Source of the DNA: Lingula anatina
Taxonomy: Eukaryota > Animalia > Brachiopoda
Reading direction: 5' to 3'
DNA: 64,000 nucleotides
Assembly: GCA_051362555.1 (NCBI GenBank)
Contig: CM120646.1
Span: forward strand, 6,882,001-6,946,000
Part shown: piece by piece, positions 26,264 through 37,484 of the stretch
How positions within the stretch are numbered: the first letter of the stretch is position 1
Layout: each line of letters begins with the position of its first letter
Program-made: the position numbers and the translations under genes
Notes under the pieces: model-generated
Seen by the model: the letters and a program-made list of their open reading frames with translations, nothing else
The model's database searches: none
What the model was told of the DNA's origin: nothing

Positions 26264-29200
26264 CTCAATAAGACGTCACAATTGGGTTCCAACCGCTGTT
26301 TATAAAAATCTGAGGATAATTGCTGACCAGTCGTAATATGTATTGAAGGTTCCACCCTCGGGCTAATCCAAACAATAAACAACATCGGCCTGACCGAAGA
26401 ATCCTCTTCGGCACACAGTCAGAATGCGTCAAAAATGTAACGTACGTTACTGTCGCAATTCCACTTTTGGAGATTTAGAGTGATTTTGTATACGGGAACG
26501 CTAGGATACAAAGTCATAGTTGACAGCAGATCAAACATGAGGTTGCCAGGATAATGTAGCTGCGTGTTCCCAGTGATCCGCCCCGTCATTTTCATACAAC
26601 GTCGGATTTACTATTTTCCATGCCTACAACGAATAGAGGTTGTAAATTTCTTGAGCGCGCTCATATTTAGAACGAATGGCCCATGCATGAATGAATGCCG
26701 GTGTTTCTGTTGCAGAGTGACTTTGAATTTATTTTGAAACAGTAAAATATTCGCCTTCTCTGGAGGCACACGAAGAGCGACCGACGTTTTCTCCAAAGTC
26801 GAGACCGATTATTTAAGAGTGTAATGTACGTTACCTATGTTCAAGGAAGTGATGGCAGTAACCGCTGGGAATTGAACTGTATAATCCTATGCGGCATCAA
26901 GTCTGCTACTGGTTTAGATGGAATTTCTTCTACAGCACTTCATCCGCGGAGCGCAAACTGGCCAAGCGACATGGACCGTAATGTACGTTACTGTAATGTA
27001 CGTTACCATCGAATACGAAACTAACGAATACATCACTTCTAGCTCCATCAGAGACACAGGTCACGTGTACGGCTTGGTTACCAAGCTACAGCAAAGTTCC
27101 TGAACGTTCCAGAACACAGATACAGCAAGCATTTTCCACTTTCTCATGGTGAGTGTTAAGTCCTGACTTCGGTACATGAGTAATGATCATGTCCCCACCT
27201 CTAGATACTTTGTGATGGTGCCTTTTGGGAGGTAGACGTTCCAACTTTCGGGAACATGCAAGTGTATGGTCATACAAGGGGGGGGGAGACGGCTATGTGC
27301 ATAAAACAGAGGCGAAATGTACGTTACGGCTGGTAACGTACATTTCAGTGTACTTGAAGTGTTGATACTGCCCCAATGTCGGTGGCAACATTTCGATACT
27401 ACAAACCATAGTCACTAGCTGAGCGTAGGCGACACACTGGTCAAAAGCCTCGGTATGCTGCACACACTGCTGTACACTGTACCGGCTCAGAACCAACGGT
27501 GATAACTCTTACTCACAGAATTGCATATACCTACCTAACATCAGGTCTGAATGACCCTATTCTTGCACAGTTGATGTCTGTAGCATGAACTGGCGTCACG
27601 CTACGGTTAGGCGTGTGCCCGAGTTCGATAAGACGGTGGTGTCTTGCAATAGAGGGAGCCATTCTACACGATATATGTGGGTAACGGACATTTCATTATC
27701 GGGTAACGTACATTTCTTTACATTACCTTTCAGAATCATGCCGAAATCGAGGGCCGAGATTCAGCGAGAATATCGCGAACGCAAAAAAGAAAAAGAAGGC
27801 CAACGATACTTGGACAAAGAATGTGCCAGGCGAATGAAGTACTACGTTAAAGCGGCGGACCTTCCGAAAAGAGAGCGGGAGAAGCGTAATTCCGTAAACA
27901 GGGAGCGGGTGCAGCGATGTCGCCAGAAAAAGCGCGATGCCGCGAGGGCACTAGCGGACATTGATGCGGAAGACGATCTGGATGCCTCCACCAGTGGTTA
28001 TGACACTGCCAGCGATCGTAACTTAGTAGTGCGTCTCGATTTTGCTCGGCCAAATCGTCGTGAAGGTGCTCGCAGAAGAACTAGCAGGGCCTTGTCTAGA
28101 GCTAACAGGGAAATTGAGAGGCTGCACACGAAAGTTCGCTCATTGGAACGGCGCAACAGAGCTGCAACTAGAAAAGCTGATCGATATCGCAAACGCATGG
28201 ACAAGCGAACCTTACCGCGTTCTTCGCCGACAACACCGAAAAGCAGCGCGGAGCGAGTTATGACAAGTGCCGGTTTGACACACGCTCAGCGTTCAGTCGT
28301 TAGGAGACACCTCGTCTTTGGTAACGTATTACTAAGCGAGATAAATGCCAGTAAACGTGCAACAGAGAACAAGCGTAACAGGTTGAGGAGTCTTGCGGCC
28401 GTCGTTAGTGGGAAACTTGTGCGCAAATACCGGTGCATGAGCATTCTCAGCAAGCGCACCGGCTTCTCAAGACGGAAGCTCCATGCTATAAACATGAAAT
28501 GGGTGGACTTGGCAAAGGAAAAACGGAAGCGTACGATAGCGAAACACGGAGATGATGTAATTTCATTTCTTGAAAGAGATGATAACAGTCGATCGCTGCC
28601 AGGAAAGTCAGACTACACGAAAGATTCCAGCGGGCAAAAGGTTCAATGTAGAGTCTTAACCGACTACATGAAGCATCTCCACGCGAAGTTCTTGTCAGAG
28701 AATCCAAACATCAGCATTTCGTTATCTAGTTTCTGTCGAATTCGCCCAAGACACATACGGATAACGAGCTTCATCACAAGATCTTCCTGCCTCTGTACAA
28801 AGCACCAAAACATGGCCCTGATGTTAAAAGCCGTGCGACGAGAAGGAATCAGTGTCACCCCTAACCCAGAAGCCTACTTGAAAGACGCCATCCCGGAACT
28901 AGATACCAGGCTCCCGGACGATGTTGAGTTTGCGCAGTGGGCCAGAGTAAAGAAAGAAGAAAAGGGCAAAGTAAAAACCGTAATGCGCATCGTGGATTAC
29001 AAACTCACGAGAGCCGAGTTTGTGGAGAAACTTCAGACCATGACAGAAGAATTCAGGGAACACGTTTCGCGCCTCCGAACGCAATACGAACAGATAAGGA
29101 CACTGAAGGAGAAACTACCTGAGCATCACGCGGTTGTTCACATGGACTTCGCGGAGAACTATGCATGCAGAAGCGTCGAAGAAATCCAATCTGCTTACTG

Positions 29201-31021
29201 GAATCAGGCGGGGGTCACACTGCATCCTGCCGTTGTGTATCGACGGGACGGCGAGGAACTGCGTCACAGCAGCTTCGTCTTCGTCTCTGACGAGTTGGCT
29301 CACGTCACTTCAACGGTCAGAGCAATCGTAGATAAACTGATACCATTACTGATACAAAGTGACCCGCAGTTGGCCATGGTCCACTACTGGACTGATTCCC
29401 CCACAAGCCAGTACCGCAACAAGGTTATTTTCAACATGGTGGCCAACCATGAAGCCATTCACGGCGTCAAAGCGAAGTGGAACTACTTTGAATCCGGCCA
29501 TGGGAAGGGTCCATGCGATGGCCTTGGGGGGACCACAAAGCGCATGGCCGATCTTGCTGTCAACAGCGGCAAAGTCACCATTCAGGATGCTGCTGATTTT
29601 TATTCTTGGGCGAAAGGATCCACAATGAAAGCAGTTACCTTTCTGTTTGTTTCCTCCGAGGAGTGTGCGAAGATGGCCGAAAAAATTAAAAGTGAACAAC
29701 GTCTCAAACCACTGAAGGGCACATTCAAACTGCACGCGGTAGTGGGCCTGGGCAATTCGCGGGTGGCCATTCGTGATGTCAGCTGTTATTGCGATATATG
29801 TCTTGGAGGGGCCCTATGTAGCACGTGGACCACAGAATCGCTGGTCACAGCTCAGACCTCCGAGAAACCCAGTCTGCATATCGCGTCCGAAGGTGTCCGG
29901 CCCGGGCCGTCTGGTGTATCTGTAACGTCAAGCATTAACAAGTCTTCACGGGTAGATTCCACCAAGGCTAAAGGCAAGGGTAGAAAAGGGAAAGGAAAGA
30001 GTAACAGGGGGAAGGCCACAGGTATGAAGGAGCCTGTACCGAAAAGAAAAGGCAGCGGCATGTCACTCGTTCAGAATTACTTCTGCTTGTTCTGCAATGA
30101 GCAGTACATCGAACCCATCCGGGAAGATTGGATTCAGTGCAAAAAGTGCTTGCACTGGGCGCACGAATCCTGCTCAGCATACGATGGCCGGGGTGACTAC
30201 ATCTGCGATGAGTGCATGTTGTAGTAGGGTCTATATAGCATACCTACGGCTAAACTTCTGTAATGTACGTTACGGTCTGTTGAATTCTGTTTAACGACAT
30301 TAATTATACTCGGTTCAGTTGTGAAATCGATGAGTTTCGATTACGATGTACTCTGGATATCATTTGCTTTCGGCAGGTGACTTCATCAAGTCATTTTATT
30401 TTTAGATGAGTAAGTAGATGTCAGTTCTTAAAAGTTGAAATGTACGTTACCTTTAACATCATTCAGGAAATACAGCTGTGTTTCATGGTAATTCCATTTA
30501 TCGCCAAACCATTACTACTTCCAAGACCTCTTGTGTTTTTCAAAGTAGGAAGAGCATAATGAATAGCTTTGCAATGCTGGCGTAGCAAGCCACCTAGTTT
30601 ACCAGAACAACGTATTTGCGTTGATATCGAAAATTTTCTCGTTCATATTTTAACCGTATCGTTTCCTTACCCAAGTATGCTTGATTAAACGTTAGTTCCG
30701 ATTGCATCCGTGATTTTACCTTCTATTCTTCCCAGTCGATCAGAAACTCTGATTCAAATGGAGTTGAAGCATCCTTTATGGAGCCAGGATTCACTTCTTT
30801 GAGGTGCTGTCAAGCGTAACGTACATAACAGTGACCAATTTAGGGCTTCGTGATGCCTGCTATTGAAACACTGTAGCATCGTACCATATGGGATCTTGAT
30901 GCCGAAAATTCTTATTTGCAAGCCTTAACATATATGCATTTCAAAAACATCGCTAAGAATAGTATTTACAGAGGTTACTTTTTTGGAAAATTCTCCCCTG
31001 TAATTGTAACGTCTTATTGAG
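26264..31021 (+). mobile_element. Intact autonomous-looking DNA transposon (about 4.76 kb), unclassified Sola-like DDD family, in the Post1 intron
   Basis: TIRs CTCAATAAGACGTCACAATT (26264-26283) and AATTGTAACGTCTTATTGAG (31002-31021) match at 19/20, or 21/22 with the flanking TT/AA. They enclose one long transposase ORF. The interior is GC-richer than the flanks and has repeated ATGTACGTTAC motifs. Confidence 0.9.
27738..30224 (+). CDS. Putative DDD transposase (828 aa) with basic N-terminus, CxCxxH, RNase H-like core, CxCxxC cluster and C-terminal PHD finger
   Basis: Uninterrupted ORF. Candidate catalytic motifs: HMDFAENY (D at 29145), YWTDSPTSQYRN (D at 29394) and ESGHGKGPCDG (D at 29517). 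C4HC3 PHD finger at the C-terminus. The likely start MPKSRAEIQREYR follows an acceptor (ttacctttcag, 27733). The ORF-track start at 27585 runs through non-coding repeat motifs. Confidence 0.88.
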   Translation: MPKSRAEIQREYRERKKEKEGQRYLDKECARRMKYYVKAADLPKREREKRNSVNRERVQRCRQKKRDAARALADIDAEDDLDASTSGYDTASDRNLVVRLDFARPNRREGARRRTSRALSRANREIERLHTKVRSLERRNRAATRKADRYRKRMDKRTLPRSSPTTPKSSAERVMTSAGLTHAQRSVVRRHLVFGNVLLSEINASKRATENKRNRLRSLAAVVSGKLVRKYRCMSILSKRTGFSRRKLHAINMKWVDLAKEKRKRTIAKHGDDVISFLERDDNSRSLPGKSDYTKDSSGQKVQCRVLTDYMKHLHAKFLSENPNISISLSSFCRIRPRHIRITSFITRSSCLCTKHQNMALMLKAVRREGISVTPNPEAYLKDAIPELDTRLPDDVEFAQWARVKKEEKGKVKTVMRIVDYKLTRAEFVEKLQTMTEEFREHVSRLRTQYEQIRTLKEKLPEHHAVVHMDFAENYACRSVEEIQSAYWNQAGVTLHPAVVYRRDGEELRHSSFVFVSDELAHVTSTVRAIVDKLIPLLIQSDPQLAMVHYWTDSPTSQYRNKVIFNMVANHEAIHGVKAKWNYFESGHGKGPCDGLGGTTKRMADLAVNSGKVTIQDAADFYSWAKGSTMKAVTFLFVSSEECAKMAEKIKSEQRLKPLKGTFKLHAVVGLGNSRVAIRDVSCYCDICLGGALCSTWTTESLVTAQTSEKPSLHIASEGVRPGPSGVSVTSSINKSSRVDSTKAKGKGRKGKGKSNRGKATGMKEPVPKRKGSGMSLVQNYFCLFCNEQYIEPIREDWIQCKKCLHWAHESCSAYDGRGDYICDECML

Positions 31022-31568
31022 AACGTTATAGTACGCACGATAAAGATAGTATAGGCTTTATCTTAATTAAGCTATTTTTTTAAATATTTGACCTTTTTAG
31101 TCACGTAATATGTTGTGTCTTCACGACAAAGAACAGCTGTCAAAAAGCATTTTTATTTTGTCTGACTATCAATTTATATTGAAAATTTGACAAAAAATCT
31201 TAAACAAGCACTGTTTAAGTTTGAATAATTTTGAGCACATGAAATTATACGTGTATATTTATTAGATAAAACAATTGCTCAATACAGCTGTAGAATATAA
31301 CTGTGTCTATGCGCATTTTCGCATTGAATGATATTAGGGGTACCTGATAATAGTTCTTCAATCGGATATCTAGGATGTCTTTGTGAACCAATGTATCATC
31401 AGCTTTCCTTTTTGTCAGATAAACACATCACATTTCACAAAATTTATATTTTCATTTTCTCATAGGATTTGCTATAGGTAAATATCTTTAATTAGACTAT
31501 GTTAACATTCGTTTCTTACGGTATACTTGTCAGTTGCAATTTAAATATCAATTAAATTGTGTTGTAAA

Positions 31569-31601
<33 letters not shown>

Positions 31602-32235
31602 CTACCAGTATTTATCACTTAACTTTATTCAGTTATTTTTGTGAGTCTGCAGTATATGAGTGAACTTTTTAAAATGAAATGTATTTTTTATTTCATTATT
31701 TTGAGAATGTATTAGGATTGGGATAGAAGGAATTCTTGGTAAATGTCAAGTGCATTTTTATATTCACATATTTCCACATATGAAATCTTTGAACATGTTC
31801 ATCCGACGAAGTCTTCTCACATTTTCCTCGAGTTCGTCAGCACATTGTGCGCATAATGTATTGAATTAAAATTGTGATTTTGTTTTATATTCGCGTGTCG
31901 ATCAGAGGCAATTTCGTCAATGTATTCACAGCAGTATAGTACTATGAAAAATGGCATTATACGTGCAGGAACCACATGTGCGCGCTCCTTCAATAACGTG
32001 CAAAAAATAACGTCCATTTTAAAAAACAAGCTAAGCAATGGCGTGTGTTGTTGCTAAACTTATTTATGTTTAATGCTACAGATTCGTTCATCCCAGAGTG
32101 TGTTAGATTCCTTTATTTTTCCCGATAAATACCTTTTAAAATCGATGCAATTTTTCTGAAGTGTCAAAAATACAACCTAAATGTTTCACCTCACGTTTAA
32201 AACAACCGACTGGTTAATTACTTTTGATATACTTC

Positions 32236-32279
<44 letters not shown>

Positions 32280-34499
32280 CGACACATCTGATCACGAGAG
32301 TCTTACTAATACCTCACATACATTTAATATAAAGAAACTTTTCTTACAATTAAATATGTGTCATTGGCAGATTCTCAAAATCGTTCTCCTTTCTACTTCA
32401 TCTGCTAAATATTATAAGAGCGCTGCGTTTCTTAATAATTCATTAATATGTGGCATTGTCATATAGACTGATATAACTTACTTAACCATTTTGTTCAAAC
32501 TATATTATAATAATACATAGAATTTTCCCTCCATTTTTACCAAGTGACATCGTCAGATGCGCACTTCATCCTCAGACAAAAAAAAATAGGCCCTCAAGCT
32601 GAACAGGTATGCGGAAGCGGGGTCAAGACATCTTGGTTGACGATGTCCCTTCAGGGGCAGTAGTCTTGGAAAAATACCATCACTTTTTAAAAAAGATTAA
32701 CAGTTGAACACCTTCCTTAAACGACACCTATCAAACCAAAACCTGACCCGGTTGAAAAACACGGGCCCGCAGCGAGGAATTTTCTAAACGTGCATTGGTT
32801 GTTACTTAACAGGGCCGTGATGAATTGTGTTTTGGCCCGGATTGGGTGCAAATGAAATGCTTAAAATTTGTGGTTTCCCTCTATACTTAAAGTTGACAGC
32901 CAATTACCATATGAGAAAAAATCTTAATAACTTAATATGACAATACCACAATTTACAAGTTAATCATAGTTAATAGGCGACAGAGTTGAACGGCTTAATG
33001 GCAGGCATTATAGGCATCAATTTGTCTTGACATCGGTTAAGAAGCATAATGATAGGGGTGTGATGGAAACCGTAGATTAGTCAACCCCGGTTGAATTTGG
33101 GTACCAAAGGGGCAACAATAGAATAAGTTGACAAACTAACTCCAATGACACCCACTTATCTGTAAATGGGCGCGTTTGCATGTAGTGTCAATATCACGGT
33201 GACAATTTTCAACGCTGCGTCCGGTGATGAGGATCATTTAAAGGGCTCCCTGTCCGTCTTTCGCTGTCACAAAAAGCGGCCCACATTTATGGAGTGCTAT
33301 CTTTGTATATCGTTTATGTGCAATTACGCAATAAAATTTCAAAATAAAAAATACAAAGTTACAATAACCAGTATTTTCACCAATGCACTGATGTGAGACT
33401 GATCAGATAGCATTTCAATTGGTGAATTTTATCAAGAACTTTTTTTAAACTTTTAACTAAGTCAAAAGATCCATGATTGATTACTGAAAATAAGTGAGAA
33501 CGCCTACAGATATAAGCTGCATGCTGAAAATCAGCTAATTGTGTATAAACATTATATGTATTATTACCCGGCTTCAAATCTGCTAAGAACAGCATATCAT
33601 TTCTTGTGATAATTGGATTTCATTTTTCAGTCAAACCATGCATTCCATTGAATGAATTAACATTAACGGCTGTGTAAGTAAGGGAAATGCGCCCTGTATG
33701 TGTCCTTTCTACAAATATATTTTAGCTGCTGTATCTGGCTGGCTTTCTTATGGCATTCCAGAAGACTGTTATATATCGTACATTAAACATATATAGATAA
33801 TAGGGATAAAATGTTTTAGCGTAGTATTCGCTGGATAAATATGCTGATTCTATAATTGTTCTTCAAATCAATACATTTTGAACTTAAAGCGTTTTGATGA
33901 CAATTAAATAAAGGTTGGTAGTTATTTAAGTAATTTTATTTTCTGATATATACTGTTACTTTGGCAATAAAGAGTGTGCTTTTCCTTTGTCTTCTCCCGG
34001 TACTTTTGATACATCCCAAAAAAACTCTTGTCATGCTGATGAAATAAATATGAACGAAATCAAACCTTCAAGGTTATTTATCAAAGTATGTGCTGTCAGC
34101 ACTTACTATAAAAATGCGTTTCGTGTTCAAAACCAAATTATAGTGCTGTCCACATATGTATGTCATTTTTTTTAAAAGATTAGCATGGAAATGTAATATA
34201 TTACAATAGATTACGCTAATATGCCCTATAGATAGCCTATAGTGTTTGAGTTCACAATGGTCATATATTGTCTGTTACTTTGCTTTTGGAAATATATACC
34301 GTTTCGTACAAATTCTCTGATGCATTTGCCTTCAGAAACATTTGCTTTGTAATGCACAGTTTGGTAATTTAACATGGAATCCAAAGTATTCGTGATTGTG
34401 AGGTACAATCAAACGTTGTCAAGTACTATTATAAAAATACAATTCAATATTGCAACCTGTCAATACTAGCAGAATGTTAGATCTCTCGTTTTCTCCTTT

Positions 34500-34501
<2 letters not shown>

Positions 34502-34554
<53 letters not shown>
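34502..34554. repeat. (TC)n microsatellite
   Basis: Pure CT run. Confidence 0.95.
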
Positions 34555-34557
<3 letters not shown>

Positions 34558-37230
34558 ATATTGTTATTTTTAAGTTAATAGTCCATTCGTTGAATCCAAT
34601 TGTCATATAGATTGCTATAAAATACACATTTACTTTAAAGGACACGCCCGGACGCTATGGACACAAGTGGACACGCGCAGTTTTTAATTGACAGGATTTC
34701 TCAGTCACACAAAGCGTTCGACTAAAAATGATCTTCCAGCATAATGTAGTTATTTAATTCAGGAAGTGTGATCTAAGCATGTATTAAAATTACCAGCAAG
34801 TTAACCATCGCCTTCGAGGTCTCAACTCCAGAAGCAAAAATTCTTCCGTCCACGTGCAGGAGTTAAACTTTCCACTTAGTTTCAATTGCTAATCACTGTT
34901 GCTTGCGCGACGTGGCGGAGTTACCAATATGTTTCTCGGGTTCATTAAAAATGAATCTGGACGCCGGAGGTCGTATTCCACCGGCTTGAATTCAGTCACT
35001 GTGCTGTTGTTCATACATTGGCGCCTGGTTCCGTAGATTTTCCTCTTCCATTCCCATGACCTCCGAGACCAAGCTTCGCCTCGGGAGTTTCGCCTGTGGT
35101 CCTTCAGTGCGACTGCTCCGCGCAGAGCTGTACAAGCGTGGCATTCTAAAGACGCACCGTATTTGGAGGAGTGTGTGAAAGTTTCAAACGCCTTTGTTAT
35201 CTGGGTACGTGATGTGATGAATTTGATGCTTTTCACGTCGAAACAATGACCTGTCTGACAAGTTTTTCGTGATTACAGAACTTAACTTGACTTCTCTTAG
35301 CTGTCTTTGTGTCCAGGGATGGCAAATTTTCACAAGTGAATATACGTTGAATAGACACTGAAACGCAATGTACATAAACACTAGTTACGTAAGATAATGG
35401 TTAGGAAAAGATATTTTGAACAACAAGTCTTGCTGACTTATTTCTAAAGCCATTTGGTATTTCTGCGACGGTGTTCGATGCAATATTGGAACCTAAAATT
35501 ATCAAACCCGATTTAACTTTTGATGCGGAAATGAACAAAATTGCTTTTCTTTCGTTTTAACTCCCTTTTTTCGTCCATTAAAAGGCATTTCATGTTCATG
35601 TATAAATATGTAAACAAACTAAATAAGATGGGCAACTGTATCCAACAATCTGTAGTAAAATTGCATAATCAATAACTGCTTATTAAATCTATTGGATTTT
35701 ATTTGACGCGTTTGGAAAAGATTTAAAGTTGTTCAGGTGATTGTGGTAGCTTAATAAATTAAGAAATAACCTAAATTGATTGGTGTCACGGTTGTCATTC
35801 ATCAAGAGAAATCAACAAATAAGTGGTAGCTTTAACGAGGGTTTGGTTTTGGTAAAATGATTATACAATTTTTAAAAAAATTGCCAAAAACGCAATGCCA
35901 GAATTAAACCCATGCACACTTGCTGGCGTTTGTGGTTGTAACTTTCCCAGATTCGGTTCTCTTTAATGGCTCATTTTGGTAATTTTGAAACACTCACCTT
36001 CTTTATGAAATGAAATGAAATGAAATCTTCGTGCTCCTGTTTTTCCCTTTGTTGACTAACAGGTGCTCTCTTTACAAAGGCTATCATCTATACGTAACCT
36101 AAGACAAACTATAACAAGGCAATTCCACGAGACTAATTCTGGCGCTGCATTCAAGTTTATTTTGTGTTTGGCGTTGAGATAAAAATTGTTGAGTTGCGAC
36201 TGAAACGAGAGATAATACTTTAAAGTAATAAAGTGAATCATATAATATAATTTCTGAGAGCTCAAATTGTTAAGTTCGTGACGATTTTCTTTCTTCATTG
36301 TCATTCCCTTTTTTTTTTGTATACATCGAATACCTTACTATTTTTAGCTGCCAAATGTGATTCAATTAAATATTTCACCTTTAATATAGTGTAAACGTAA
36401 AAAGTGGTCGAAACTGATTTGGACTACCCCTATATAGCCGACTTCAAAATAAGTAGTACCAAAAGTCCAAACCTCAGCGACAACAATCCCAGATGTATAT
36501 ATATTTTCGATGGTCAGTATACCTGAATAATCCTAATGACACCAACAGCTCCTGAGTTACATATTTGTTACAATACATCATAAAAGTTTAATTTAAAATG
36601 GGATTACACTCCATCAAAAAATTGGAACAACTTCAGGAGGAATTTAACACTTGTATAACTATGAAAATCCACTAAGTAACACCCATTCGTATTGACATTA
36701 ATTAGCGCTAAAGTTGAAAAAAAGACAATAACTATGTCGTAATTGCATTTCCAATAATAGATATATCATCGGATTTACTTTTAAAAAATTAGTGCACATG
36801 CAATCCTATTTTAGTAGGTCATGCGGCCAAATGCTGGTTTAGTCTGTTTCGACTTTCACTCTTTTAATTTTATTCTGCTCCTTTGGAAGCAACACGATGC
36901 TAGCTCTCAAATAAATATTTTAAACACGCCGTTGAATTTTTGATTATTATGGGAAAGGATAAAAACTAGAAAAATATTATGATGTTTCCATTGAACTTGT
37001 ACATTCTAACTTAGTAACTTGAATTTCAGGTGTCTTCATGAAATTTGGATTGGTGATTTAAAGACGTTTCATGTTTATTATATATTAACGACAACAGAAT
37101 CCCCATGGTATCCTACATTTTATACCACTTCACGTTTGGAACAACTACAAAACCTTACAGATCATGCAGATAAAATTTTATTGATGGTATAAGTTCTTGT
37201 TAAAGAAAATCTGTTTTCTATTTATTTCAG

Positions 37231-37484
37231 ATATAACAGACACGAGTAAAATACCCAGCAATACCACCCTACCCGCTGTTATTCACATGAGGAAGAAACG
37301 CAAGCCGTATTCGAAATACCAAATAGCAGAACTTGAAAGGGAGTACGTCAGCAACACGTACATTAGTAAGCCAAAGCGTTGGGAACTAAGCCAAAGACTG
37401 CAGCTTAGCGAACGCCAGGTGAAAATATGGTTCCAGAATCGGCGGATGAAGGAAAAGAAAGTGAAAGGAGGCAAGCAGACGTAG
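37231..37484 (+). CDS. Post1: Post1 posterior Hox protein, homeobox exon
   Basis: Acceptor ttttctatttatttcag| at 37230. Encodes [67 protein letters not shown] marks the Abd-B class. [10 protein letters not shown] and [14 protein letters not shown] are Post1-type, whereas Post2 has YTRYQTMVLE/RQKRWEIS. Confidence 0.95.

Noticed and set aside
26611-27496. Second, minus-strand gene in the transposon's left arm
   Set aside because: Three short ORFs with no recognisable domain; I could not build a consistent splice model.
26823-27716. CRISPR-like reading of the ATGTACGTTAC repeats
   Set aside because: Repeats are only 11-14 bp, irregularly spaced and in both orientations; eukaryotic context with no cas genes.
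27585-27737. N-terminal 51 aa of the 879-aa ORF call
   Set aside because: It runs through GTAACGTACATTTC repeats and a polypyrimidine/AG acceptor, so it is probably intronic. The start at 27738 is preferred.
27847-30294. Many short overlapping ORFs in other frames
   Set aside because: Shadows of the GC-rich transposase ORF.
37231-37484. Alternative identity as Post2, Abd-B or a deuterostome Hox9-15 gene
   Set aside because: Residues [10 protein letters not shown] and [11 protein letters not shown] fit Post1.
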